A stretch of 57,852 nt of DNA from positions 1 through 57,852 of the forward strand of contig DAORIL010000001.1 of the NCBI GenBank assembly GCA_035438525.1, given 5' to 3'. Below the pieces are notes generated by a model, which searched no databases, had not been told where the DNA came from, and was given only the letters and a program-made list of their open reading frames with translations. This document shows, one piece after another, positions 43,671 through 52,690 of this stretch (positions are counted from its first letter, which is position 1; each line of letters starts with the position of its first letter). The translations under genes were made by a program, and so were the position numbers. Source of the stretch: Pyrinomonadaceae bacterium. GTDB lineage: Bacteria > Acidobacteriota > Blastocatellia > Pyrinomonadales > Pyrinomonadaceae.

Positions 43671-44966
43671 ATGATTGAACGCTATACATTACCCGAAATG
43701 GCGGCTCTTTGGTCGCTTCACAATAAGTTTCAAAAATGGCTGGATGTTGAGATTGCAGTTTGCGAAGTTCATGCCGAAGACGGCACGATTCCAAATGAAG
43801 CCGTGGCGGAAATCAAAGCAAAAGCCAGTTTTACCGTTGAGCGAATTAATGAAATCGAGAAAACTACCGACCACGATGTTATCGCTTTTACGACCAATTT
43901 GGCGGAAAATATCGGTGAATCGGCGCGTTTTGTTCATTACGGATTAACTTCGAGCGATGTTGTCGATACGGCAAATGCTCTTTTGCTTAAAGATTCGTGC
44001 GATATTCTTTTGCAAAAAGTTGATGCACTGCTCGAAGTTCTCAAACGCCGCGCTTTTGAATTCAAAGATACGCCGCAAATCGGACGAACACACGGAATTC
44101 ACGCCGAACCGACGAGTTTTGGATTGTGTTGGGCACTATGGTTTTCCGAATTTCAGCGCAATAAAGAACGGCTCTTGAAAGCGAAAGAAATAATATCTGT
44201 CGGGAAAATTTCGGGTGCGGTAGGAGCTTTTGCTCATCTTGCGCCGGATGTTGAGGAACGAGTTTGCAAGCGTTTAGGCATCAAAGCTGCTGATGTTTCA
44301 ACCCAAGTCATTCAACGTGACCGTTACGCGGAATATCTTTGCACTTTGGCGATTATTGCTTCGAGCCTAGAAAAAATCGCGCTCCAAGTCCGTCATTGGC
44401 AACGCACTGAAGTTCGTGAAGCACAGGAAAAATTTAAAGTAGGGCAAAAAGGCTCATCAGCAATGCCGCATAAACGTAATCCGATTTTGTCAGAGAGGAT
44501 CTGCGGAATGGCGCGCACCGTGAGGGCAAATGCGATTGTCGGTTTAGAAAATGTGGCTCTCTGGCACGAACGCGATATTTCTCATTCATCGGCTGAACGG
44601 ATCGTTTTGCCTGATTCATCTGCTACGCTTGATTACATTTTAACGAAAACTGCGAGCCTTTTGGACGGATTAGTAGTTTATCCCGAAAATATGCTGAAAA
44701 ATTTGAATGCGACACACGGAATAGTATTCAGCGGTCAACTGATGTTGGCTCTAACTCAAAAAGGTGTCAGTCGGGAAGATGCGTATTTGTGGGTGCAGCG
44801 CAATGCGATGACAGTTTGGGATGAAGGCGGTGAATATTTAGAATTAGTCAAAAAAGATGCGGATATTTCTTCAGTTTTGACTCAAGAAGAAATTGCTCGT
44901 GTTTTTGATTTCAAACATTATTTGCGAAATGTTGAAAAAGTCTTTGAGCGAGTCTTTAAAGTTTAA
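43671..44966 (+). CDS. purB: Adenylosuccinate lyase
   Basis: MIERYTLPEMAALW..., HYGLTSSDVVDT and GSSAMPHKRNP (fumarate-lyase signature) are present. I prefer the ATG at 43671. Confidence 0.9.
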   Translation: MIERYTLPEMAALWSLHNKFQKWLDVEIAVCEVHAEDGTIPNEAVAEIKAKASFTVERINEIEKTTDHDVIAFTTNLAENIGESARFVHYGLTSSDVVDTANALLLKDSCDILLQKVDALLEVLKRRAFEFKDTPQIGRTHGIHAEPTSFGLCWALWFSEFQRNKERLLKAKEIISVGKISGAVGAFAHLAPDVEERVCKRLGIKAADVSTQVIQRDRYAEYLCTLAIIASSLEKIALQVRHWQRTEVREAQEKFKVGQKGSSAMPHKRNPILSERICGMARTVRANAIVGLENVALWHERDISHSSAERIVLPDSSATLDYILTKTASLLDGLVVYPENMLKNLNATHGIVFSGQLMLALTQKGVSREDAYLWVQRNAMTVWDEGGEYLELVKKDADISSVLTQEEIARVFDFKHYLRNVEKVFERVFKV

Positions 44967-45032
44967 AAAAGTTTAGGAAGTCTAAAAAGTATATTCTTAC
45001 CTTCCAAAACTTCCGCAACTTCCTAAACTTTT
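44967..45032. terminator. GTTTAGGAAGT-family hairpin; 15-bp perfect stem, bidirectional terminator candidate
   Basis: AAAAGTTTAGGAAGT (44967-81) pairs perfectly with ACTTCCTAAACTTTT (45018-32). It lies between convergent purB and the 45031-45468 gene. Confidence 0.8.
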
Positions 45033-45468
45033 AAACATTTATTCCCAAGATCTTGGCAGCCAATTTGCCGACAATCGGAATTTTGAACCATCTGCTATTG
45101 TAGGCTTGGATTGCACCGTAAATGCTGCCGCCAATAATGGTTAATGGTCCGAGAATAATTACCGCAAACCAAATAATTATTCCGAGAATGCTGAATATCA
45201 ATCCTACAATTGCTCCGGCATTTCCTAAAGCCGCACCAATCACCCCGCCTATTATGTTAAGAGCAAAAAACAAAATAAAAGCAATAATGAAGATGGGAAT
45301 GAACATAACGTGAAAAAGAAATGCCTGGAGTGCGTGGAATTTGGCAAATTTATTTTCCTTCTCAGTAATTAAAACAATTAGTCCAATAATGCCAACTAAA
45401 TAGCTTAACAAAGCAGCTACGTTGCCATCCATTCCAATCGAAGTTTTAGCGTTGGGGTTGTTGTCCAT
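45031..45468 (-). CDS. DUF4870-like small membrane protein, paralog 3
   Basis: GMDGNVAALLSYLVGIIGLIVLITEKENKFAKFHALQAF... with 3-4 TM segments. Confidence 0.7.
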   Translation of the reverse strand: MDNNPNAKTSIGMDGNVAALLSYLVGIIGLIVLITEKENKFAKFHALQAFLFHVMFIPIFIIAFILFFALNIIGGVIGAALGNAGAIVGLIFSILGIIIWFAVIILGPLTIIGGSIYGAIQAYNSRWFKIPIVGKLAAKILGINV

Positions 45469-45545
45469 AATGTTTGAAAAAAATAAAGCAAGAGAAGTAT
45501 CAAAAGTTGAAAACTCTCTTGCTTTATTTGAAATAGCTTAGAAGT

Positions 45546-45938
45546 TTATGCCCATTTTTCAGCAAAACTACCAACTATTGGTAATTTGTTCATATTGTTG
45601 CCAAATGCTTTGATTGCCGAATAAATTATTCCGCCTAAAAATACCAGAATCCAGACGAAATAAAGTAAAAATGTTAATCCGGCTAAAATGCCTCCCAATG
45701 TTTGAGAAGCGGCGCCACCAATTATAGAAATTATGACGCCTACAATAATAATTGCGAATAGTCCGACAATATACAAAACTACCCACAGCATAGATTGTAT
45801 CGCGTGAAATCTGACAAATTTATTATCTTTTTCAATAAAAATCAGAATCAAAGCAACAATTCCGACAATATAGCCAAGCATTGCAGCTATGTTTCCATCT
45901 AATCCAAGTGCGGACTTTCCGCTCGGCGCATTTTGCAT
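45546..45938 (-). CDS. DUF4870-like small membrane protein, paralog 2
   Basis: GLDGNIAAMLGYIVGIVALILIFIEKDNKFVRFHAIQSM... Confidence 0.7.
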   Translation of the reverse strand: MQNAPSGKSALGLDGNIAAMLGYIVGIVALILIFIEKDNKFVRFHAIQSMLWVVLYIVGLFAIIIVGVIISIIGGAASQTLGGILAGLTFLLYFVWILVFLGGIIYSAIKAFGNNMNKLPIVGSFAEKWA

Positions 45939-45970
45939 AAGAACTCCTTAAGTTATGATTATTAAATTAG

Positions 45971-46348
45971 TTACGACCATTTTTCAGCTAAACCGCCAAT
46001 GATTGGAAGTTTATATGAACCGCCGGTAAATCCTTTGATACAACCAACAATCATCAAAATCAAAAATCCGATAATCACAGCAAAATAAAGCAGTGAAACT
46101 AATGCGGCAATTGCTGACGAACCGGTTACACCTGCCAAAATTCCGCCAATAGCTAAAACTCCAATTAACAAGACAATATACAAACCGGTCAAAAGTAATG
46201 ACTGAAAAGCATGAAAACGAACAGCCTTATTATCTTTGTCACTAACAATGACGATAATGCTGTAAACTAAACTAATTAAACAAATTGGAAGGTAGCAAAG
46301 TAGCGACCCTATATTTGTATCTAATCCAAGCGCGGTTTTACCATTCAT
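45971..46348 (-). CDS. DUF4870-like small membrane protein, paralog 1
   Basis: GLDTNIGSLLCYLPICLISLVYSIIVIVSDKDNKAVRFHAFQSL... Confidence 0.7.
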   Translation of the reverse strand: MNGKTALGLDTNIGSLLCYLPICLISLVYSIIVIVSDKDNKAVRFHAFQSLLLTGLYIVLLIGVLAIGGILAGVTGSSAIAALVSLLYFAVIIGFLILMIVGCIKGFTGGSYKLPIIGGLAEKWS

Positions 46349-46480
46349 AGTGTTTTGAATCTCCTTTTTTTCGGGAAAAATTTATAATTATTGACTTACT
46401 TGCCGAAATAATAATATAGAACGTAGCAATTAACAAGATTTTGCGTAATAATTTTATTTTTTTTGGAGAAATTTAAATAT

Positions 46481-46726
46481 ATGAAAGCAAAAGTTTATGT
46501 CACACTCAAACCAAGTGTTTTAGATCCGCAAGGAAAAGCGATTCATCATTCGGCTGAATTACTTGGTTTTGATACAATTTTAGATATTCGTCAAGGCAAA
46601 TATTTTGAAGTCAATCTGGCGGATAATTTGTCCGAAGCCGAAGCCAACGATGTCGCCACCACGATCGCCAAAGACGTTTTGGCAAATCCGGTGATTGAAG
46701 ATTTTAGAGTTGAAATTGAAAAATAG
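46481..46726 (+). CDS. purS: Phosphoribosylformylglycinamidine synthase subunit PurS
   Basis: MKAKVYVTLKPSVLDPQGKAIHHSAELLGF...; 81 aa from the ATG at 46481; immediately upstream of purQ. Confidence 0.85.
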   Translation: MKAKVYVTLKPSVLDPQGKAIHHSAELLGFDTILDIRQGKYFEVNLADNLSEAEANDVATTIAKDVLANPVIEDFRVEIEK

Positions 46727-46799
46727 TGGATAGTGATGAGTGATGAGTGATGAGGTAGCTCTTTTCACTCACCATTCACCATTCACCACTCACCATTAC
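46727..46799. repeat. Inverted repeat of (GTGATGA)3 and (TCACCAT)4 heptamers between purS and purQ
   Basis: TGGATAGTGATGAGTGATGAGTGATGAGG ... CACTCACCATTCACCATTCACCACTCACCATTAC. Confidence 0.85.
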
Positions 46800-46801
46800 T
46801 T

Positions 46802-47497
46802 ATGAAATTTGGAGTTTTAGTTTTTCCTGGTTCAAACTGTGACCACGATGCGTATCACGTTATTTCTAAACAGGTTGGACAACCCGTCGAATTTGTTTGG
46901 CATAAACAAACCGATTTGAGCAGTTACGACGCTGTCATCGTGCCGGGTGGTTTTTCCTATGGTGATTATTTGCGTTGCGGTGCGTTGGCAAAATTTTCGC
47001 CCGTGATGCAATCGGTCAAGGAGTTTGCTGCCCAAGGAAAATTTGTTTTCGGCATCTGCAATGGTTTTCAAATACTTTGCGAAGCCGGATTGCTTCCGGG
47101 CGCATTGATTCGCAATCGAAATCTGCATTTTATTTGTGATTTTGTTAATTTGAAGGTTGAAAACCAGAACACACCATTTACGAGCGAAGTTGAAAGCGGT
47201 AAAGTTCTTTCGATTCCGATTGCCCACGCTGAAGGGAATTATGTTTGTGACGATGCGACTTTTCAGAGTTTAGAGGAAAATAATCAAATTGTTTTCCGAT
47301 ATTGCGACGAAAACGGCGAAATTACGGACGCGGCAAATCCCAACGGAGCGCGTTCAAACATCGCCGGAATCTGCAATTTAGACAGAAATGTTTTAGGAAT
47401 GATGCCCCACCCTGAACGGGCTTGTGAAGAATTATTGGGTTCAAATGATGGAAGGGAAATTTTTAGGTCATTAACTAAAGCGATTTCAGAAGTATGA
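46802..47497 (+). CDS. purQ: Phosphoribosylformylglycinamidine synthase I (glutaminase subunit PurQ)
   Basis: [35 protein letters not shown] (catalytic Cys) and MPHPER are present. Confidence 0.9.
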   Translation: MKFGVLVFPGSNCDHDAYHVISKQVGQPVEFVWHKQTDLSSYDAVIVPGGFSYGDYLRCGALAKFSPVMQSVKEFAAQGKFVFGICNGFQILCEAGLLPGALIRNRNLHFICDFVNLKVENQNTPFTSEVESGKVLSIPIAHAEGNYVCDDATFQSLEENNQIVFRYCDENGEITDAANPNGARSNIAGICNLDRNVLGMMPHPERACEELLGSNDGREIFRSLTKAISEV

Positions 47498-48030
47498 ATG
47501 ATGAAACTTAGATGAAGAGTTTTTAGCAAAATTCTATCCCGGAAATATTTACAGAAAAAGATATAGAAAATACAAGTTTTTGCAGTGAAACCATAGTGGT
47601 GAGTTTTGGGTAAACAAAAGTTAGTGGTGGCAAGAGCTTCAGCCTTATCCGTTTTATTTTATTGCGTTACATTTTTTAATGCTCAATAGATTACCGGAAC
47701 CAGATGATATTGTTGAAGCAAAAGTTGGCAACTGACGAATTACACGCCGAAATTTACAGAAAAAAACAGCCGACAAAAGCAGAAAATGGGCTATCATTCG
47801 AGAATCAAAAAACTTGAACTTTTTCAGTAGGAGAAACTTCGCGGCCGAAATTTATTAAAGGTCTTGCGTTATTTGGCAGATTGTAATTACTGCTTTGAAA
47901 ATCTTCCGCTGCTCTCCTGAGGAATTACTCAAATTATAGCGGAAACTTCAAAGAGCGAAGGGAATTTTTTAGAATTATCAGTTTTTGAGTAATTTTCAAT
48001 AGAACTTTACAACTTGATTATTTTGATACA

Positions 48031-48101
48031 ATTGCCACCAAAAGCACAGAAAACACAAAAAAGAGTAAAACATTTTGGGATTTTGTGCTTGTTGTGGCAA
48101 T
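48031..48101. repeat. Inverted repeat with CACAAAA/GCACAGA-type arms
   Basis: The left arm is ATTGCCACCAAAAGCACAGAAAACACAAAA. The reverse complement of the right arm is ATTGCCACAACAAGCACAAAA. Confidence 0.8.
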
Positions 48102-48123
48102 TGCTTTTTCTGCACATTAAAAT

Positions 48124-48405
48124 TTAAGACTGTTTTTTGTTAAGCCAATAATAAAACGGCAAGCTAAATCCCAATCCGCCGATAAGTGAAAGGACGATAA
48201 ACCAATACCATTTGACCTTGCCGATTGGGTTTACTGCAAACCAATATGCCAGTAGAAACATAGCCAAAACGCAATCAAGAATGAATCCAAAAGCAAGTTT
48301 ATCAGTATAAAACTGCGAAAAACTATGAAATTCAGTCAGCAACCAATAGATAAAAATTCCGTTGGGAACGAGCAATCCGAAAATAGCAATGATAAGCAAA
48401 ATCAT
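48124..48405 (-). CDS. Small 3-TM membrane protein (DUF2834-like, tentative)
   Basis: 93-aa hydrophobic ORF located 8 nt downstream of dapD. Confidence 0.55.
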   Translation of the reverse strand: MILLIIAIFGLLVPNGIFIYWLLTEFHSFSQFYTDKLAFGFILDCVLAMFLLAYWFAVNPIGKVKWYWFIVLSLIGGLGFSLPFYYWLNKKQS

Positions 48406-48412
48406 TGTTCAA

Positions 48413-49243
48413 TTACCTCAAATAATCTTCTAATTGTGTCGAAGCATTGGTTTTTTCATCCCGATATTTAACGATGATCGGCGCGTAAAGTGATAAACCG
48501 TTTTCTTTGCCAAAACCGCTGGTTATTGCCCGCGAGCCTTGAACCACAACCGCTTCGGCTGGAATTTCCAAAGATTTTTCCGCAGTTGATTTAATAATTT
48601 CGCCTTTAACCAAATCAAAAACCGGCGTTGAACGAGTCAGAATCACGCCCGAAGCCAAAACGACTTTTTCACGCACAATCACGCCCTCGTAAACGCCCGT
48701 GTTGCCGCCGATTAAACAATCATCTTCGATAATAACGGGATTAGCGTTGACAGGCTCTAAAACTCCGCCAATTTGTGCCGCCGCCGAAATATGGACACGC
48801 TTACCGATTTGAGCGCAGCTTCCAACGAGCGCGTGTGAATCGATCATCGTGCCTTCGTCAACATATGCACCGACATTGACGTAACACGGCGGCATACAAA
48901 CGACACTCGGCGCAATGTAAGAACCATCACGAATGCTAGAACCACCCGGAACGATCCGAACCTTATCATCCAAAGTCATTGGGCGAAGCGGATAAGTTTC
49001 TTTGTCAAAAAATTGGAGCGTCTCGGTGTCTTTCGACATTTCGACCATTCCGCCCATTTTGAAACCCAAAAGAATTCCGCGTTTGACCCATGCATTTGTT
49101 TGCCAATTTCCGTCCGAATCTTTTTCGGCTGCCCGAATTTCGCCTGTGCGTAAAGCAGTTTTGAATTCCTCGAAAATTGTTCGGTCTTCCGCCGTAAATT
49201 CTGATTTAGTTAATAATTGTTCAATTTGTTGTTGTAAATTCAT
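48413..49243 (-). CDS. dapD: 2,3,4,5-tetrahydropyridine-2,6-dicarboxylate N-succinyltransferase
   Basis: The left-handed beta-helix hexapeptide region reads ...[41 protein letters not shown].... The N-terminal domain is typical of DapD; 276 aa. Confidence 0.88.
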   Translation of the reverse strand: MNLQQQIEQLLTKSEFTAEDRTIFEEFKTALRTGEIRAAEKDSDGNWQTNAWVKRGILLGFKMGGMVEMSKDTETLQFFDKETYPLRPMTLDDKVRIVPGGSSIRDGSYIAPSVVCMPPCYVNVGAYVDEGTMIDSHALVGSCAQIGKRVHISAAAQIGGVLEPVNANPVIIEDDCLIGGNTGVYEGVIVREKVVLASGVILTRSTPVFDLVKGEIIKSTAEKSLEIPAEAVVVQGSRAITSGFGKENGLSLYAPIIVKYRDEKTNASTQLEDYLR

Positions 49244-49262
49244 TTTATAATAATTTCATCAC

Positions 49263-49348
49263 TAGTCCCTGAAAGGGACGAATTTAATAGCGTCGGGAGA
49301 ATCCCGACGTAAATGTCAATCAACGTTACGTCCCTGAAGGGGACGAAC
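49263..49348. repeat. REP hairpin block, left flank of the Y1 transposase gene
   Basis: The hairpins are GTCCC-TGAAA-GGGAC (49265-79), CGTCGGGA-GAA-TCCCGACG (49291-309) and CGTCCC-TGAA-GGGGACG (49329-45). The block is the inverted counterpart of 49809-49890. Confidence 0.85.
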
Positions 49349-49349
49349 A

Positions 49350-49802
49350 TCAATCCCAAACATAACGCTCATCAAATTCAATTTCGTATTTTCGCAGAAA
49401 TCCACGAAATTCGGTCTTAAAATCTACTTGTTTATATTTTATCTTTTGTTTTACGATGTAATCTTTGACTGTCTTGATTTGAGACTGTCCAATTGAAAAG
49501 GCACCGTAACCGTCCTGCAAATGAAAAGAGCTAAATTGTGCATCTTGCTTCTTTATCCAAACCGAGCTATCACGTTTGATGTCTCCGACTAATTCACTTA
49601 ACCCTAAGTTTTTGCTTAATGAAATCAACAAATGAATGTGGTCACTTGTTCCATTTGCCTCGAGCAGTTTTGATTTATTGTTATTCAAAATTCCGCCAAT
49701 ATATGAAAATAAATCAGGTTCAATTTCCGGCACAATCAAATTACCACGATTTCTTGTCGAAAAAATAATGTGGACATTTAAACTTACTAATGTTTGTGCC
49801 AT
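49350..49802 (-). mobile_element. IS200/IS605-type Y1 (HUH) transposase in REP-associated (RAYT-like) context
   Basis: The HUH motif is SDHIHLLIS and the YIVKQ region holds the catalytic Tyr; 150 aa. No tnpB is present. The gene is flanked by inverted blocks of REP hairpins rather than IS ends. Confidence 0.8.
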
Positions 49803-49808
49803 AAAATT

Positions 49809-49890
49809 AGTTCGTCACTTTCAGCGACGAATTGTGTTGTTCTTTGTTGCCGTCTCCCGACGCTATTGAATTTGTCACTTTCAGCGACTA
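49809..49890. repeat. REP hairpin block, right flank of the Y1 transposase gene
   Basis: TTCGTCAC-TTTCA-GCGACGAA (49811-31), the degenerate middle unit CCGTCTCCCGACGCTATT, and TTGTCAC-TTTCA-GCGAC (49872-88). It aligns with the reverse complement of the left block. Confidence 0.85.
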
Positions 49891-49905
49891 CTGTTTGATA
49901 AACCT

Positions 49906-51069
49906 TTATTTCACAACCCGATAAACGCTTTTAATTGCTTGAACTTCTTTGCTGAAAATTATGGTTGAATTTTGCTCATTGCTTTGCAAATGCTTCTTAG
50001 CCGTTTCGGAAAGTTTAGCATTTATTTTGAATTTGCAAAGGTTTGAGTTTTCCAAAATGCCTTCTTCGATAATTTGCAAACCTTTGTTGGTAATTCCTGT
50101 TTTGGTTAAATCCAAATATTGTAGTGGTTTATTGAGTTTGAGGAAATCACGGCAAGTTTCGGCAAATACATCGCCGAACTCGTTTCTTTCTGCGCCCAAA
50201 ACTCTGGTCGAAATGGCATAGCCTAAATCCAAATATTTCAAAGAATCGTTTTCTGATAGCGTTTCAAACAAATAATTTGCACCTTTCAGAGAAATGCCGT
50301 TGCTGGCTAAACTCAATTCTTGCAATGTTTTATTTTGCTTTAAGCCGTCTGCAATTTTTATTACTCCTTCATCTTTCAAGCAATTTACGCTCAACATCAG
50401 AGTTTCAAGCGAATCATTTTCAATCAACAATTCTTTTAATTTTTCGGCTTGAATTTCGTTAATCTGATTGCCGCTCAGATAAAGTTTTTTCAATGTGCGA
50501 TTTTCTGTCATCAAAACTTCCAAAATTACGTCCACACCTTCTTTTTCGATGGCTGTTGTGACCAAATCCAGCACTTTGAGAGTTGAATTTTTTCGCAGCA
50601 TTTTCGCAATTCTTTTTGCACCTTCAACGCCTAAAGGATTTCGTTTCAGCCATAAACCCTTCACCGATTTGTTTTGCTCCAAAGACTCAGATAATGCTGT
50701 AACTCCTTCTGTCTCAATGTTATTGCATCCAAGATAAATTGTTTCCAAAGTTTCATTTTCGGTAATTAATTCGGCAACTTTTGATGCGCCAATATTTCCG
50801 ATTCCGTCAGTGCCGAACAAAATTGCATTGATAGTTTTATTGTGTTTTAAGGCTTCGGAAATTATCTCGCAACCTTCAATTCCGATACTTTGTTTGCATA
50901 AATCGAGCCGTCCGTCATCTGTCACAGTTCCGCGTGGAAAGGTGATATTTTCATTAGAAGTTTGATTGCTTTCTAAAAATTCAACCAATGTTTTGATTTC
51001 ATCTAAAACCTCATTAGTCGAATGATATGAATGAGTTACAGGACAATAAACATTTTTCATGATTACCAT
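49906..51069 (-). CDS. Leucine-rich repeat protein, ribonuclease-inhibitor (RNI) type
   Basis: About ten 28-aa units of the form L..L.L..N.IG.EGa..la.aL..N.tL are present (for example LETIYLGCNNIETEGVTALSESLEQNKSVKGLWLKRNPLGVEGAKRIAKML). The start overlaps the stop of the upstream SDR gene. Confidence 0.8.
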   Translation of the reverse strand: MVIMKNVYCPVTHSYHSTNEVLDEIKTLVEFLESNQTSNENITFPRGTVTDDGRLDLCKQSIGIEGCEIISEALKHNKTINAILFGTDGIGNIGASKVAELITENETLETIYLGCNNIETEGVTALSESLEQNKSVKGLWLKRNPLGVEGAKRIAKMLRKNSTLKVLDLVTTAIEKEGVDVILEVLMTENRTLKKLYLSGNQINEIQAEKLKELLIENDSLETLMLSVNCLKDEGVIKIADGLKQNKTLQELSLASNGISLKGANYLFETLSENDSLKYLDLGYAISTRVLGAERNEFGDVFAETCRDFLKLNKPLQYLDLTKTGITNKGLQIIEEGILENSNLCKFKINAKLSETAKKHLQSNEQNSTIIFSKEVQAIKSVYRVVK

Positions 51070-52442
51070 TCACTTGGGAAATAATCTTTGAGAAAATGAC
51101 CGAAAAAAGGCTCATCTGCACTATTCAAACCTTGAGCAATCGGATCATAAATCCGCACCATTCCGTCAATTTCGTCCAAAGGCGTAATGAATCCTTTATC
51201 TTGAATTCGAGTCTTTTTCGGATGCGGATTTTCTTCTGTAATCCAACCAGTATCAACGCTGTTCATAAAAATTTTGTCTTTGGCAAAATCCTGCGCCGAA
51301 GTCCGCGTCATCATATTCAAACCCGCTTTTGCCATATTCGTATGCGGATGAAAAGAGGTTTTATTCCTTCGATTAAACTGTCCTTCCATTGCCGAAACAT
51401 TGACGATAAATTTTCTTTCGTGCGGAGATTTTAACAATATTTCCTTTAATTTTCCGTTCAAAATAAATGGTGCAATTGAATTAACTAATTGTGTTTCAAG
51501 CAGTTCCAGCGTCGAAACTTCTTCGAGTTTGGTCGTCCAACTATTTTGTGAACGGTAATCTTTCGGCTGTCCGTGTCCGTCAAAATCTTGTTTGGCAATG
51601 AGCAAATTTTCTTTGACAAAAATGTTCGGATAATTCTCGTTTTTTTCCGCCAGTTGAAAATTTTGTGATTTTACGATATTTGCTAAATCTTGTGGTAATT
51701 GATTTTGTGCGTTATTTTCAAGCGTCAAAAGATGCTGATAAAAACCAATCGGACGTTTAATTGTCTGCGCCGCGTTATGAATAATGATGTCCAAAAAAGG
51801 CTCGGTTTGTAAAAGATTTTCGGCAAATTGTTCAACCGCAATAATATTTCGCAAATCCAATCCGAAAATTTTCAGCCGATTTTGCCAGTCGGAAAAGTCT
51901 TTTTCTTCGGCAAATTTATTGACAGCGTTGCGCGGAAACCTTGTGGTGACAATAACTTCCGCACCATCACGCAACATTCGCAAAGCAGTTTGATAACCGA
52001 TTTTTAACCGTCCGCCTGTAATCAAGGCTTTTCTGCCTGATAAATCTGCGGTTTGAAATCTTTTGTCATAATTGAACTCGGCGCATTTTGGACAAAGCGA
52101 ATGATAAAAGAAATGAACCGCTGTATAAAATCCTTTGCAAATATAACATTTGATTGGTTTTGGCGATGTTTGGTAATCATCCGAATTCAGCGATGGCAAC
52201 AAATTTTTCGCAGATTCGAGAGCTTTATTTTTTTGATACAAAAAGGCTGATGCTTTAATTTGCTGAACTTCTTGAGATTTTTCTAATTTAGTTTGATAAC
52301 GCCTTTCTTTACGGGATTTGGTGTAGATTTTGGTGACAAGCGTTTTAAGCTCGGTTAAATCGTTGGCAATGCTCGGATTACGCGAAATAGTTTGTAAAAC
52401 TTTCAAACAAGCTTCCAATTCTTTTTCAGTAAAATCCGGCAT
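51063..52442 (-). CDS. SDR-family oxidoreductase with N-terminal coiled region and CxxC...CxxC zinc-ribbon
   Basis: CYICKGFYTAVHFFYHSLCPKC is followed by GRKALITGGRLKIGYQTA (Rossmann motif) and IIHNAAQ; 459 aa. There is no purine-rich RBS in the 9 nt separating it from the tRNA-like gene. Confidence 0.75.
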   Translation of the reverse strand: MPDFTEKELEACLKVLQTISRNPSIANDLTELKTLVTKIYTKSRKERRYQTKLEKSQEVQQIKASAFLYQKNKALESAKNLLPSLNSDDYQTSPKPIKCYICKGFYTAVHFFYHSLCPKCAEFNYDKRFQTADLSGRKALITGGRLKIGYQTALRMLRDGAEVIVTTRFPRNAVNKFAEEKDFSDWQNRLKIFGLDLRNIIAVEQFAENLLQTEPFLDIIIHNAAQTIKRPIGFYQHLLTLENNAQNQLPQDLANIVKSQNFQLAEKNENYPNIFVKENLLIAKQDFDGHGQPKDYRSQNSWTTKLEEVSTLELLETQLVNSIAPFILNGKLKEILLKSPHERKFIVNVSAMEGQFNRRNKTSFHPHTNMAKAGLNMMTRTSAQDFAKDKIFMNSVDTGWITEENPHPKKTRIQDKGFITPLDEIDGMVRIYDPIAQGLNSADEPFFGHFLKDYFPSEW

Positions 52443-52451
52443 AAAATCAGG

Positions 52452-52524
52452 TGGAGGAGAAAAGGAGTCGAACCTCTAACTTCGCTTTTGGAGAGCGATA
52501 TTTTTCCGTTAAACTATCTCCTCC
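52452..52524 (-). tRNA. tRNA-like gene 3 of 3; anticodon loop CUCCAAA (CCA, Trp-type); 8-bp acceptor stem
   Basis: Minus strand, folded by eye: GGAGGAGA-TA-GTTT-AACGGAA-AAAT-A-TCGCT-CTCCAAA-AGCGA-AGTT-AGAGG-TTCGACT-CCTTT-TCTCCTCC-A. Confidence 0.6.
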
Positions 52525-52531
52525 GAACTTA

Positions 52532-52603
52532 CGGAAAGGAACAGGACTCGAACCTATAATCAAGATTGGCAATCAAGCGTTTTCCCCTTAAACTATCCTT
52601 TCC
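52532..52603 (-). tRNA. tRNA-like gene 2 of 3; anticodon loop UUGCCAA (GCC, Gly-type); weak anticodon stem; 8-bp acceptor stem
   Basis: GGAAAGGA-TA-GTTT-AAGGGGA-AAAC-G-CTTGA-TTGCCAA-TCTTG-ATT-ATAGG-TTCGAGT-CCTGT-TCCTTTCC-G. The anticodon stem has two U-U mismatches and the variable loop is 3 nt. Confidence 0.45.
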
Positions 52604-52610
52604 AAATTGA

Positions 52611-52684
52611 CGGAAAAGAGCAGGACTCGAACCCAACAAATCTAGCTTGCGGAGCTAGTGTTTTTCCTTTAAACTATCTTTTCC
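52611..52684 (-). tRNA. tRNA-like gene 1 of 3; anticodon loop UCCGCAA (CGC, Ala-type by position, C at position 33); 8-bp acceptor stem
   Basis: GGAAAAGA-TA-GTTT-AAAGGAA-AAAC-A-CTAGC-TCCGCAA-GCTAG-ATTTG-TTGGG-TTCGAGT-CCTGC-TCTTTTCC-G. Confidence 0.5.
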
Positions 52685-52690
52685 AAAGAG

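Noticed and set aside
52452-52684. tRNA-Sec interpretation of the 8-bp acceptor stems
   Set aside because: None of the units has a UCA anticodon, a long variable arm or a 6-bp D stem, so they are not selenocysteine tRNAs. The 8th pair is reported instead as a G-1:C73-type feature.
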